Assembly (NCBI GenBank): GCA_019117265.1
Contig: DXAB01000172.1
Coordinates: 1-56,774 of the forward strand
Origin: Candidatus Olsenella pullicola
Lineage (GTDB): Bacteria; Actinomycetota; Coriobacteriia; Coriobacteriales; Atopobiaceae
Length of the DNA stretch: 56,774 nt
Direction of reading: 5' to 3'
Under the pieces are notes generated by a model. It had not been told where the DNA came from and searched no databases. It saw only the letters and a program-made list of their open reading frames with translations. The translations under genes and the position numbers were made by a program. Shown here piece after piece: positions 48,568 to 56,774 of this stretch (positions within the stretch are counted from its first letter, which is position 1; each line of letters starts with the position of its first letter).

Positions 48568-50295
48568 ATGTTCAAGCTCAGACGCTACCTCGCGGGCCAC
48601 TACGCCGAGTGCGTGCTGGCACCGCTGTTCAAGATGCTCGAGGCGCTGCTCCAGCTCCTCGTCCCGCTCGTGATGGCCCAGGTCATCGACGTGGGGATCG
48701 CCACGCGCGACGCGGGCTACGTGCTCTGGCACGGCGCGCTTCTCGTTGCCATGGGCGTCTTTGCGTGGGCCGTAGCCGTGACGGCGCAGTACTTCTGCTC
48801 AAAGCTCGCCTCCGCGTTTGGCACGGCGCTGCGTGACGACCTCTTCCGGCACGTGCTTTCCCTCTCGCGCGAGGACGTGGAGCGCCTGGGCCGCGCCACG
48901 CTCGTCACGCGCATCACCAACGACTCCCAGCAGGTGCAGGACGGCCTCAACATGTTCTTCAGGCTCATCCTGCGCTCCCCCTTCGTGACCTTTGGCACGG
49001 TGGTCGCCGCCTTCCTCGTTGACGGCATCGAAGGCGCGGCGCTGCTCGCGGCGGTGCTCGTCTCGGGCGCCATCGTCATGGGCTTCATGCGCGTGACCAC
49101 GAAGCGCTACCGCGAGATCCAGCGCGGGCTCGATGACGTCCTGCTAGCCACCACGGAGAACCTCGAGGGCGTGCGCGTGCTGCGCGCCTTCCGTCGCGAG
49201 GCCAGCGAACGCGAGGGCTTCTCCAGAAAGACGGGGGCCGTCCGCTCGCGCCAGGTGGCGACGGGCGACATCTCCGCCCTCGTGAACCCCCTCACCTACG
49301 CGACCATCAACTGCGGGCTCATTGCGCTCCTGTGGTTCGGAGGCTTCCAGGTGAACGTGGGCAACCTCACGCAGGGGCAGCTCGTGGCCCTCGTGAGCTA
49401 TGTGAGCCAGGCCCTCGGCGAGCTCCTCAAGCTCACGAATCTCATCTTCCTGCTCTCCAAGGCCTCCGCCTGCGCCCGTCGCATCAACGAGGTATTCGAG
49501 ACGCGTCCCTCCATGTCCGACGGCCCCCGCGAGGCGTGCGTCGCGCCCAGCGCGCCCGCCCTCGCCTTTGACGACGTGAGCTTCACCTATGCCGAGGGGG
49601 CCGGTCCCGCCCTCAGCCACGTGAGCTTTGAGCTTGCCCCCGGCAGGACGCTCGGCGTCATTGGCGGCACGGGATCGGGCAAGTCCACCCTCGCGAGCCT
49701 CGCGATGCGCTTCTATGACGCCACCGATGGCGCCGCCCGCGTGGGCGGAACGGACGTGCGCGAGCTCACGCGCGCGAGCCTACGGCGCGTGGTCTCGCTC
49801 GTCGAGCAGGGCGCCACGCTCTTCTCGGGAACCATTGTCTCAAACCTGCGCTGGGGCGGTCCCGACGCCAGCGAGAAGGACCTCGAGGCGGCGCTCGCGA
49901 CCGCACAGGCCGCGGGCGTGGTTGACGGCAAGGGGGGGCTCAGCGCGGAGGTCGAGCAGTTCGGACGCAACTTCTCCGGTGGCCAGCGCCAGCGCCTCAC
50001 CATCGCGCGCACCCTCGCGCGGCGCCCGGGCGTCCTCATACTCGACGACTCCTCCTCCGCCCTCGACTTTGCCACGGACGCCGCGCTGCGCCGCGCGATC
50101 GCGCGCGACTGCGCCGGCACCGCCGTGATCACCATCTCGCAGCGCGTCACCGCCGTGCGCCACGCCGATCAGATTCTCGTGCTCGACAGCGGTCGACAGG
50201 TGGGCCTGGGCACCCACGAGGAGCTGCTCGCGGGATGTCCCGTCTATCGAGAGATCTGTGAGTCCCAGCTCACCGCAGAGGAGGTGGCCCGATGA
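48568..50295 (+). CDS. Heterodimeric ABC exporter subunit (TMD+NBD)
   Basis: GGTGSGKST, NFSGGQRQR, degenerate Walker B ILDDS and SQR switch. Confidence 0.9.
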   Translation: MFKLRRYLAGHYAECVLAPLFKMLEALLQLLVPLVMAQVIDVGIATRDAGYVLWHGALLVAMGVFAWAVAVTAQYFCSKLASAFGTALRDDLFRHVLSLSREDVERLGRATLVTRITNDSQQVQDGLNMFFRLILRSPFVTFGTVVAAFLVDGIEGAALLAAVLVSGAIVMGFMRVTTKRYREIQRGLDDVLLATTENLEGVRVLRAFRREASEREGFSRKTGAVRSRQVATGDISALVNPLTYATINCGLIALLWFGGFQVNVGNLTQGQLVALVSYVSQALGELLKLTNLIFLLSKASACARRINEVFETRPSMSDGPREACVAPSAPALAFDDVSFTYAEGAGPALSHVSFELAPGRTLGVIGGTGSGKSTLASLAMRFYDATDGAARVGGTDVRELTRASLRRVVSLVEQGATLFSGTIVSNLRWGGPDASEKDLEAALATAQAAGVVDGKGGLSAEVEQFGRNFSGGQRQRLTIARTLARRPGVLILDDSSSALDFATDAALRRAIARDCAGTAVITISQRVTAVRHADQILVLDSGRQVGLGTHEELLAGCPVYREICESQLTAEEVAR

Positions 50296-52064
50296 GCGAG
50301 AAGATCGCGCGCGACGGCGGCGCGCGCCCCTCGGACGGCACCGTTCGCCGCATGGCCGGCCTGTTCGCCAGGCGGCGAGGGGCGCTCGCGACGACCGCCC
50401 TGCTCACGGTGGCGGTCGTGGTGTGCACGCTCTCGCTGCCGGTGCTCTCCGGTCGAGCGGTCGACTGCGTGGTGGGCCCCGGCGAGGTTGACTTTGACGG
50501 CCTGCGGAGCTCGCTTGCCTGGATTGCCGTCGTACTTCTCGCCACGGCCTCCTTTCAGTGGGCGCTCACCGCCGTCACCAACCGGCTCGCCTTCGACGCA
50601 GCCCTTGACCTGCGGCGTCGCTGCTTCGACCACCTGCAGGAGCTCCCGCTCTCCTTTCTGGACTCACACGGCCACGGGGACCTTGCCAGCCGCATCGTCA
50701 CGGACGCGGACATGCTCACCAACGGCCTGCTCATGGCCTTCCAGCAGCTGCCCGTCGGCGTGCTCACCATCGTGGTGACGCTCGTCTTCATGTTTGTGCT
50801 CAACCCCGCCATCGCCGCCGTCGTGGCGCTGCTCACGCCCATCTCCATCTTCACGGCGCGCTTCATCGCCACGCACAGTGCCAAGCACTTCTCGGGCCAG
50901 ACGCGCCTGCGCGGCGAGCTCACCTCCTACGTGGAGGAGATGGTCTGCGGCATATCCGCAGTCGAGACCTTCGGGATGCAGGGGCAGGTCGCGGCCCGCT
51001 TCGCAAAGACCGACGCCGCGCTCGGGCAGGAGAGCTTCAAGGCGGTGTTCTTCTCGTCACTGGTAAACCCCACCACGCGCTTTGCGAACGCCCTCGTGTA
51101 CGCCGCCATCGGCATCTTTGGCGCCTTTGTGGCAATGGCGGGCGGCATCACCGTGGGCGGGCTCTCGGCGTTTCTCGGCTACGCGGACCAGTACGCCAAG
51201 CCCTTCAACGACATCTCGGGCGTGGCCACGGAGCTGCAGAACTCCGTTGCGTGCGCCCGACGCCTCTTTGCCCTGCTCGACGAGCCCGCCGAGGAGCCTG
51301 ACGCCGCAGACGCCGCCGTCCTGGTAGAGCCGCGCGGCGAGGTGCGGCTGGAGCACGTCGCCTTTGGCTACGAGAAGGACCGACCCGTGCTGCGCGACAT
51401 CGACCTCTCCGTGCGCCCCGGCACGCGCATCGCCCTGGTGGGAGAGACGGGCTGCGGCAAGACCACGCTCATCAACCTCATCATGCGGTTCTACGACGTG
51501 ACGGCGGGCGCCGTGCGCGTGGACGGGCGAGACGTGCGCGACTGGACGCGCGAGAGCCTGCGCGCCGGCTGGGGCATGGTGCTCCAGGACACCTGGGTAC
51601 GGCGCGCCACGGTGCGCGAGAACGTGAGCATGGGCCGTCCCGACGCCACGCTCGAGGAGGTGCGCGCGGCGTGCCGCGAGGCGTACGCGGACGACTTCAT
51701 CTGCCGCCTGCCGCAGGGCTACGAGACGGTGCTCGACGGCTCGAGCGCCCTTTCCGCGGGCCAGCGGCAGCTGCTGTGCATCGCGCGCGTCATTCTCGCC
51801 CGGCCGGCGATGCTCATCCTCGACGAGGCCACGTCCAACATCGACACCCGCACCGAGCTTCTCGTCCAGCGCGCGCTTGCCAACCTCATGCGCGGACGCA
51901 CGAGCTTTGTGGTGGCGCACCGTCTCTCAACCGTGCGCGACGCCGACCTCATCTGCGTGATCGCGGACGGCATCATCGCCGAGCGAGGCACTCACGACGA
52001 GCTGCTTGCGGCCGGCGGCAGGTACCAGAGGATCTACGAGTCCCAGTTTGCGCCAACGGAGTAG
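50292..52064 (+). CDS. Heterodimeric ABC exporter subunit (TMD+NBD)
   Basis: GETGCGKT, LSAGQRQ, ILDEATSNID, AHRLST. Confidence 0.9.
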   Translation: MSEKIARDGGARPSDGTVRRMAGLFARRRGALATTALLTVAVVVCTLSLPVLSGRAVDCVVGPGEVDFDGLRSSLAWIAVVLLATASFQWALTAVTNRLAFDAALDLRRRCFDHLQELPLSFLDSHGHGDLASRIVTDADMLTNGLLMAFQQLPVGVLTIVVTLVFMFVLNPAIAAVVALLTPISIFTARFIATHSAKHFSGQTRLRGELTSYVEEMVCGISAVETFGMQGQVAARFAKTDAALGQESFKAVFFSSLVNPTTRFANALVYAAIGIFGAFVAMAGGITVGGLSAFLGYADQYAKPFNDISGVATELQNSVACARRLFALLDEPAEEPDAADAAVLVEPRGEVRLEHVAFGYEKDRPVLRDIDLSVRPGTRIALVGETGCGKTTLINLIMRFYDVTAGAVRVDGRDVRDWTRESLRAGWGMVLQDTWVRRATVRENVSMGRPDATLEEVRAACREAYADDFICRLPQGYETVLDGSSALSAGQRQLLCIARVILARPAMLILDEATSNIDTRTELLVQRALANLMRGRTSFVVAHRLSTVRDADLICVIADGIIAERGTHDELLAAGGRYQRIYESQFAPTE

Positions 52065-52115
52065 TGGCCGCGCTTCTCCCATGACCCGCCGGCACTTCTC
52101 GACGGCGCGTCCCAG

Positions 52116-52273
52116 GCGGTTTCTCCCGATTGTGGGCAAAAGGTTTGATGCAAAACCCTCTGCCACATCAAACCTTGTGCCCACAACGGGAAGAAACCGC
52201 GCAAAAACGACCAACCGCTGGCGAGAAGGACCAAGGCGCGCGGCAGCGACATAAAACTTGTTGCCCACAATCG
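52116..52273. repeat. Dispersed palindromic element (family E), copy 3, inverted orientation
   Basis: Arms of about 35 bp at 52116-52150 and 52166-52200 (TGTGGGCAAAAGGTTTGATG-N15-CATCAAACCTTGTGCCCACA), plus a half arm at 52250-52273. Confidence 0.8.
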
Positions 52274-52427
52274 CCTCAATCACCTCGAATCGGGGCACTC
52301 GGCGAGCGCGGCAGCCCTCTCCCGCACAAAACTCCGATTACCGTACAGCGGGGATGGGCGCGCTCACGGTTCCAGCCCGCCGCCCAGCGATCGCACTCCG
52401 CCAGGAGCCCAAGCCGGCCCAAGGTCC

Positions 52428-52637
52428 TCACAGCCCGCGCTCGCGCAGTCGGGCGTCGATCTCTCGCAGCGTCACGCGGGCGGCGAAGAGCTGGCGATAC
52501 GTGGCGGTCTTCACCTTGCCCGCAGCCGCGAGCTCGTCCATCCGCGCGACGGTGGACGCGAGCTCGTCGCGCACCCCGCGCGAGAACTCCTCGTAGGCGG
52601 CCAGCCGCGCTGCCTCGTCCAGGTCCTTCTCGCCCAT
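52428..52637 (-). CDS. Small hypothetical helical protein (69 aa)
   Basis: Start overlaps the upstream stop (TGATG); coding-like codon usage. Confidence 0.65.
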   Translation of the reverse strand: MGEKDLDEAARLAAYEEFSRGVRDELASTVARMDELAAAGKVKTATYRQLFAARVTLREIDARLRERGL

Positions 52638-52987
52638 CAGAAGTTGGCTCCGTTCCAGCCAAAGCTCGGCGTCCAGCCGTAGCGGATGTAGAGCCGGGAG
52701 GGGTCAACCCCAAGCTCGCGACAGATGATTGGCGTGACCTCCTCGGTGAACGTCTCCCAGGCGCTCGCGGGCACCTCGGAGCGCGCGAACACGCTCACGT
52801 CAACGAGGGCGCACGGCTCGGAGTCGTCCCCCGCAAAGTAGATGTGGGCGTCGTCCTCAAAGAGGCACATGAGCCAGGCCTCGGACTTTCCCGGCACGGC
52901 CGCGATGGCGCTGCCGTAGGCGGACTTGAGCGCCTCGCGCGCCTCGGGCGAGATGGGCGCGGAGCAGTACGTGTGAACGACGGGCAT
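52637..52987 (-). CDS. MIF/phenylpyruvate tautomerase-like protein
   Basis: Begins M-P (catalytic Pro1); PGKSEAWLM and GWNGANF terminus; GAGGAG RBS. Confidence 0.85.
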   Translation of the reverse strand: MPVVHTYCSAPISPEAREALKSAYGSAIAAVPGKSEAWLMCLFEDDAHIYFAGDDSEPCALVDVSVFARSEVPASAWETFTEEVTPIICRELGVDPSRLYIRYGWTPSFGWNGANF

Positions 52988-53048
52988 GGCGGCTCCTCTC
53001 TGTGCGACAATGGCGTCGTCAATTGTCACACATGAGACGGGAGCGGTC

Positions 53049-53519
53049 ATGGAGCAGTCGCGGGCATTCTGGGCGGCGTTCGGCCTGCTGTGCGGGGCGT
53101 GCCTCTTGAGCGTGGCCAACCCCTGCGTCGGCATCTTCGCCCTGTTCTACCTGATACTCGCGTTCGTAGTGCTGATGGGGTACCTCACCATGCGCCGTCG
53201 GGTGCTCAACCTGCGCACCCTTGTCCCCTCAAGCGACGCGGCACGGGCGGCATCACGGGCGAGCGTGTCCGTCATGAGCCGGATGCTCTTTGGCATGGCA
53301 GCGCTCTTCTCGGTCTTTGTGGCAGTGGCAACGCTCGTGCTCACGATGCTCGGACTCGATCCGGAGGTCGGCGGTCGCGTGATGTTTCCCGTGCAGCTGG
53401 CACCGTTCGAGCGAGCGCTCGACCTCTGGGCCGCGGCGGCCGTCGCATCCGTTGCGGCCGCGATGCTTCTCATGAGCGCCGGCAAGGACGTCCGCCGCTG
53501 GCTCGGCAGCGTGGCCTAG
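53049..53519 (+). CDS. Hypothetical membrane protein
   Basis: About 4 hydrophobic segments; GGGAG RBS before ATG 53049. Confidence 0.65.
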   Translation: MEQSRAFWAAFGLLCGACLLSVANPCVGIFALFYLILAFVVLMGYLTMRRRVLNLRTLVPSSDAARAASRASVSVMSRMLFGMAALFSVFVAVATLVLTMLGLDPEVGGRVMFPVQLAPFERALDLWAAAAVASVAAAMLLMSAGKDVRRWLGSVA

Positions 53520-53528
53520 AGCCAGGGC

Positions 53529-53906
53529 CTACTCCCCCTCAACGCGCCGGCGCAGCTCCTTCACCTTGCCGCGCGTCCGCTTGGCCTCCAGGCGCCGACG
53601 CTTCTGCGCGGCCGAGACGTGCGTCTTCTTGCGAGGCATCGGGGGCCGCCCACGCTTCCGGCAGATCTCGCGGATCTTCTCGATGCAGCGCTCCCGGTTG
53701 CGCAGCTGGCTCCTCTCCTCGCGAGAGACAACCACGATCCCGGTGGGCACATGACGCACCCGCACCGCCGAGTCGGTGGTGTTCACGCCCTGCCCGCCCG
53801 GGCCGCTCGCCCGAAACGCCTGCATCTCGCAGTCACGCGCGAGCTCCTCGCTGCTCATGCGCGCAAAGGAGGCGTACTCGCGATATGTCAGCCCTCCCTC
53901 ATCCAT
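53529..53906 (-). CDS. Peptidyl-tRNA hydrolase / release factor-like protein (ArfB-like)
   Basis: [25 protein letters not shown] and basic tail [19 protein letters not shown]. Confidence 0.85.
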   Translation of the reverse strand: MDEGGLTYREYASFARMSSEELARDCEMQAFRASGPGGQGVNTTDSAVRVRHVPTGIVVVSREERSQLRNRERCIEKIREICRKRGRPPMPRKKTHVSAAQKRRRLEAKRTRGKVKELRRRVEGE

Positions 53907-53993
53907 GTGCTCATGCTATCAGACCCGGAGCAGCCAAAACCGCGTTGCCGTATGATAAGGGGCACGTAAACCCCCTGTAACGCTAGGAGCGGC

Positions 53994-56114
53994 ATGTCGC
54001 TGCTGCAGACCCCGATCCCCCTCATCGCGCTCGTGCTGCTCGTCCGCGAGGCCATGCGCCACCTTCGTGCGGACCTCGGCGAGCTCCGCCTCACCCGCCC
54101 GAGCACCTTCTGCTGGCTCGCGCTTCCGGGCATCGCCCTTCTCGCCGCCACCGTCTGGTGCGCGGCGGGGCTCTACGGCGGCACGCCGCTCGGGCTGCTC
54201 GCCCTTGCCGCCGCATCGCTTGTCAGTGGACACGCCGTCCTCACAAGGCGCTCCCTTGCCAAGAAGATCCGCGAGCTCGTGGAAGCGCTCGCGCCGCCCC
54301 GCCTGCGCCGTGTTGCCGTTCCCGCGACGGCGCTCCTACTCTGCACCGCGCTGGGCTTTCTTGCCCTGGAGCTTCCCTACAACTCGTACGTCCCGTGGAT
54401 GAGTCCCGGCTGCGTGGGCATCGAGCTGCTCATCATCCTCGTTTCGCTGACGCTTCTGTACTTTCTCTTCCAGCGCCGCGGCTCGGGCATCGTGCTGGGC
54501 GTGGGCGCATGCTTTTTTATCGGCCTTGCCCAGTTCTTTGTGGCGAGCTTCAAGTACGCGGCAATTCTCCCCAACGACCTCTTTGTCCTGGGCACCGCCG
54601 CGGCGGTGAGCGGCAGCTACGTCTATGCCGTGAACGGCTGGGTCCTTCTTGGCCTCTCCTGCCTGCTGCTCGCGGAGACCGCGTGCGCAGGCGTTGTCCC
54701 CGAGCCCGCGGCCTCCCCAGCCGCGCGGGCAAGAAGGACCGCGGCCAACCTCGGCGTTGCCGCCCTGACCTTTGCCCTGCTCTGGTGTGGCGTGAGCGTC
54801 CCCAGCTTCTTTGATGACCTTGGTGTGGAAATGGAGTACTGGTACTCGCTTGACTACTACCGCAAGCAGGGATTTCTCACCTCCTTCATAGCCGTGGCCC
54901 AAGACCTCCCCATCGAGGCGCCCGAGGGCTACAGCCAAGCCGGCGCCAGGGAGCTCGAGTCCTCCTACGTTGCCGCCTACGACGAGACGCTCGGTTCCAC
55001 CTCCCAGAGGGCCGCCGCCGAGGAGCAGTTTGCCGAGGAGCGTCCGAGCGTCGTCTGCATCATGAACGAGACCTTCTCCGACCTCACGGTGCTCGACGGG
55101 GAGAGCTGGGGCTACGAGGGACCGCGCGCGTACCGGGCCATGGTCGACACGCTCGCCAACGGAACCCTCAACGTGTCCGTCATCGGCGGCGGGACGTGCA
55201 ACTCCGAGTTCGAGTTCCTCACGGGCGTCTCGCTCGCCTACGTTGGCGACGGCAAGTACCCCTACTCACTCTACGACCTCTCCGAGGCGCCGAGCCTTGC
55301 CCGCCAGTTCTCCGAGCTCGGCTACGACACCACGGCCATGCACCCCAACTACGCCAGCAACTGGAACCGCGACCGCGTCTACGAGGCGCTGGGGTTTGAC
55401 GAGTTTCTCGACATCGAGGACTTTGAGGGAGCCGAGGAGTTTCACAGCGGCGTCTCCGACGAGGAGACCTACGACAAGGTCCTCGGGCTGCTCATGGGCA
55501 GCGACACCCCACAGTTCATCTTCGACGTGACGATGCAGAACCACTCCGGCTACGACCAGGGGAACATCGGGCGCGTTGACCAGTACGAGGTCGACGGCGT
55601 GAGCGACTACGACAACGGGCGCCTCTCGGAGTACCTGGGCTGCATCGACGAGTCCGACCGCGCGCTCGCGGAGTTTCTCGATGAGCTGCGCGAGCTCGAC
55701 CGGCCCGTGATCGTGGTCTTCTTTGGCGACCACCAGCCCGCGCTCTCCTCCATCGTGAACGACGCGCTCTACCCAGACGAGCAGGACGAGCTCGCGCACA
55801 ACCTGCGCACGCACGAGACCACCTACTTCATCTGGGCAAACTACGACGTTGCTGGAAACGCCCAGGACGGCGAGAAAGACGACACGAGCCCCGCCTACCT
55901 TGGTGCCATGCTCGCCGAGAAGATCGGCGCGCCCCTGACGGACTTCCAGAAGTCGCAGCTCGTGGCGCGCGAGGAGATGCCTGCCGTGAGCCTTGTGGGC
56001 GTGTGTGACGCGGACGGGACATGGTGCGCGCTCGATGACGAGGTCAGCGTGCCCGGTGCCTTCGACGACCTCGCGCACATCTCCTACCTGGAGTTTGCGA
56101 GCAAGCTGGAGTAG
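53994..56114 (+). CDS. LTA synthase family (sulfatase-fold) membrane protein
   Basis: N-terminal TMs; IMNETF, GGGTCNSEFEFLTG, TMQNH and FFGDHQP motifs. Confidence 0.88.
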   Translation: MSLLQTPIPLIALVLLVREAMRHLRADLGELRLTRPSTFCWLALPGIALLAATVWCAAGLYGGTPLGLLALAAASLVSGHAVLTRRSLAKKIRELVEALAPPRLRRVAVPATALLLCTALGFLALELPYNSYVPWMSPGCVGIELLIILVSLTLLYFLFQRRGSGIVLGVGACFFIGLAQFFVASFKYAAILPNDLFVLGTAAAVSGSYVYAVNGWVLLGLSCLLLAETACAGVVPEPAASPAARARRTAANLGVAALTFALLWCGVSVPSFFDDLGVEMEYWYSLDYYRKQGFLTSFIAVAQDLPIEAPEGYSQAGARELESSYVAAYDETLGSTSQRAAAEEQFAEERPSVVCIMNETFSDLTVLDGESWGYEGPRAYRAMVDTLANGTLNVSVIGGGTCNSEFEFLTGVSLAYVGDGKYPYSLYDLSEAPSLARQFSELGYDTTAMHPNYASNWNRDRVYEALGFDEFLDIEDFEGAEEFHSGVSDEETYDKVLGLLMGSDTPQFIFDVTMQNHSGYDQGNIGRVDQYEVDGVSDYDNGRLSEYLGCIDESDRALAEFLDELRELDRPVIVVFFGDHQPALSSIVNDALYPDEQDELAHNLRTHETTYFIWANYDVAGNAQDGEKDDTSPAYLGAMLAEKIGAPLTDFQKSQLVAREEMPAVSLVGVCDADGTWCALDDEVSVPGAFDDLAHISYLEFASKLE

Positions 56115-56178
56115 AGGCGTTGGCGCTGGCGCGGCTGCGCTCAGCGGGGCCTTTGCGGGCAACCAATGGAGTGATGGC

Positions 56179-56211
56179 AAAACAGGCCAGAGGACAAATC
56201 CTCTGGCCTGT
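56179..56211 (-). terminator. Intrinsic terminator downstream of tRNA-Val
   Basis: 13-bp perfect stem ACAGGCCAGAGGA-caaa-TCCTCTGGCCTGT with a short U-run on the minus strand. Confidence 0.75.
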
Positions 56212-56218
56212 GAACAGT

Positions 56219-56293
56219 TGGTGGGCGTTACAAGATTTGAACTTGTGACCTCTTCCGTGTCAGGGAAGCGCTCTCCCCCTGAGCTAAACGCCC
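56219..56293 (-). tRNA. tRNA-Val(GAC)
   Basis: GGGCGTTTAGCTCAGGGGGAGAGCGCTTCCCTGACACGGAAGAGGTCACAAGTTCAAATCTTGTAACGCCCACCA cloverleaf with encoded CCA. Confidence 0.96.
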
Positions 56294-56331
56294 TTATGTG
56301 ATGCACTGCTGGGGACCGCAGCGCGAGGGAT

Positions 56332-56361
56332 ATAGTAGCAAGGAACCGTCTCGCAGTGCAA
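56332..56361 (-). promoter_or_regulatory. Putative tRNA promoter
   Basis: Minus strand TTGCAC-N18-TACTAT. Confidence 0.5.
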
Positions 56362-56411
56362 GCACATTTTTGAAAAACTCCCCGATTGCCCAAAGCGACA
56401 CGGGCAACGCC

Positions 56412-56774
56412 CTATGCGCCGTCCTTCTCGCCCGTTCCCTTCTTGGCCGCCGCGGCGGCCTTGCCGGCGGCGATGCGCGCCTGGACGTCGGAGTCGCCCT
56501 TCTTGGCGCCCGCACCCGACACGACGACCTTCTTGGCCTTGGGCTTCACGGTGACACCGCCGCGCGACGCCGCGCGCTTGCCGGAGCCGCGCCCGGCGAC
56601 GAACCCCTTGATGCGCTTGCGGACGCGCCTCCAGCGCTTGTTGAGGCTCTCGTCACTCTTGGAGCGCATGCCCATGCACGGGGCAGCGATGAGGACCGGC
56701 AGCAGGTACTCCACCGCGCGCCAGATGACGAAGCCCGCCGTGGTGTGGACGCCGTACATGCCGCGGAAGAGGAT
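56412..56774 (-). CDS. 3' end of a membrane protein, probably lysylphosphatidylglycerol synthase TM (flippase-like) family; truncated by the window edge
   Basis: ..AGFVIWRAVEYLLPVL.. final TM motif and a K/R-rich tail. Confidence 0.5.
   Translation of the reverse strand: MLFRGMYGVHTTAGFVIWRAVEYLLPVLIAAPCMGMRSKSDESLNKRWRRVRKRIKGFVAGRGSGKRAASRGGVTVKPKAKKVVVSGAGAKKGDSDVQARIAAGKAAAAAKKGTGEKDGA

Noticed and set aside
56219-56293. tRNA-Val as an integration site of a genomic island
   Set aside because: No integrase gene, and I found no duplicated tRNA 3' end in the window.

Overview
High-GC chromosomal window. GC level and gene content suggest an anaerobic actinobacterium (Coriobacteriia, Olsenella-like); this is inference, not verified. 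In order it holds: a wall-teichoic-acid-type locus (tagGH-like ABC, acyltransferase, four TagB/TagF-family proteins, tagD); MacB/FtsX-type ABC transporters; an M48/YgjP protein; cstA; a two-component system with an ABC transporter; HAD, SPFH, aldo-keto reductase and TIM-barrel genes; xpt; an ArsR-HMA-P1B ATPase operon; a GH3 hexosaminidase; a D-Ala-D-X ligase with a VanA/VanB-type omega loop; MFS and ECF transporters; a ygfM/xdhD-like Mo-hydroxylase pair; a heterodimeric ABC exporter; a MIF-like tautomerase; an ArfB-like GGQ factor; an LTA-synthase-family protein; and tRNA-Val(GAC). The most striking unexplained signal is a stand-alone AbiEi-like/Vsr-DUF559-like nuclease gene (32603-33634). 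It is flanked on both sides by inverted doublets of about 50-bp hairpins (CCCTCCCAAACC...GGTTTGGGAGGG) that also occur elsewhere in the window. Several sequence-unrelated intergenic hairpin families share the same geometry (about 16-nt loop, about 60-62-bp period). Together this looks like a REP/RAYT-analogous repeat-nuclease system. No transposase, integrase, cas gene or true CRISPR array was seen. All coordinates and alignments were read by eye.
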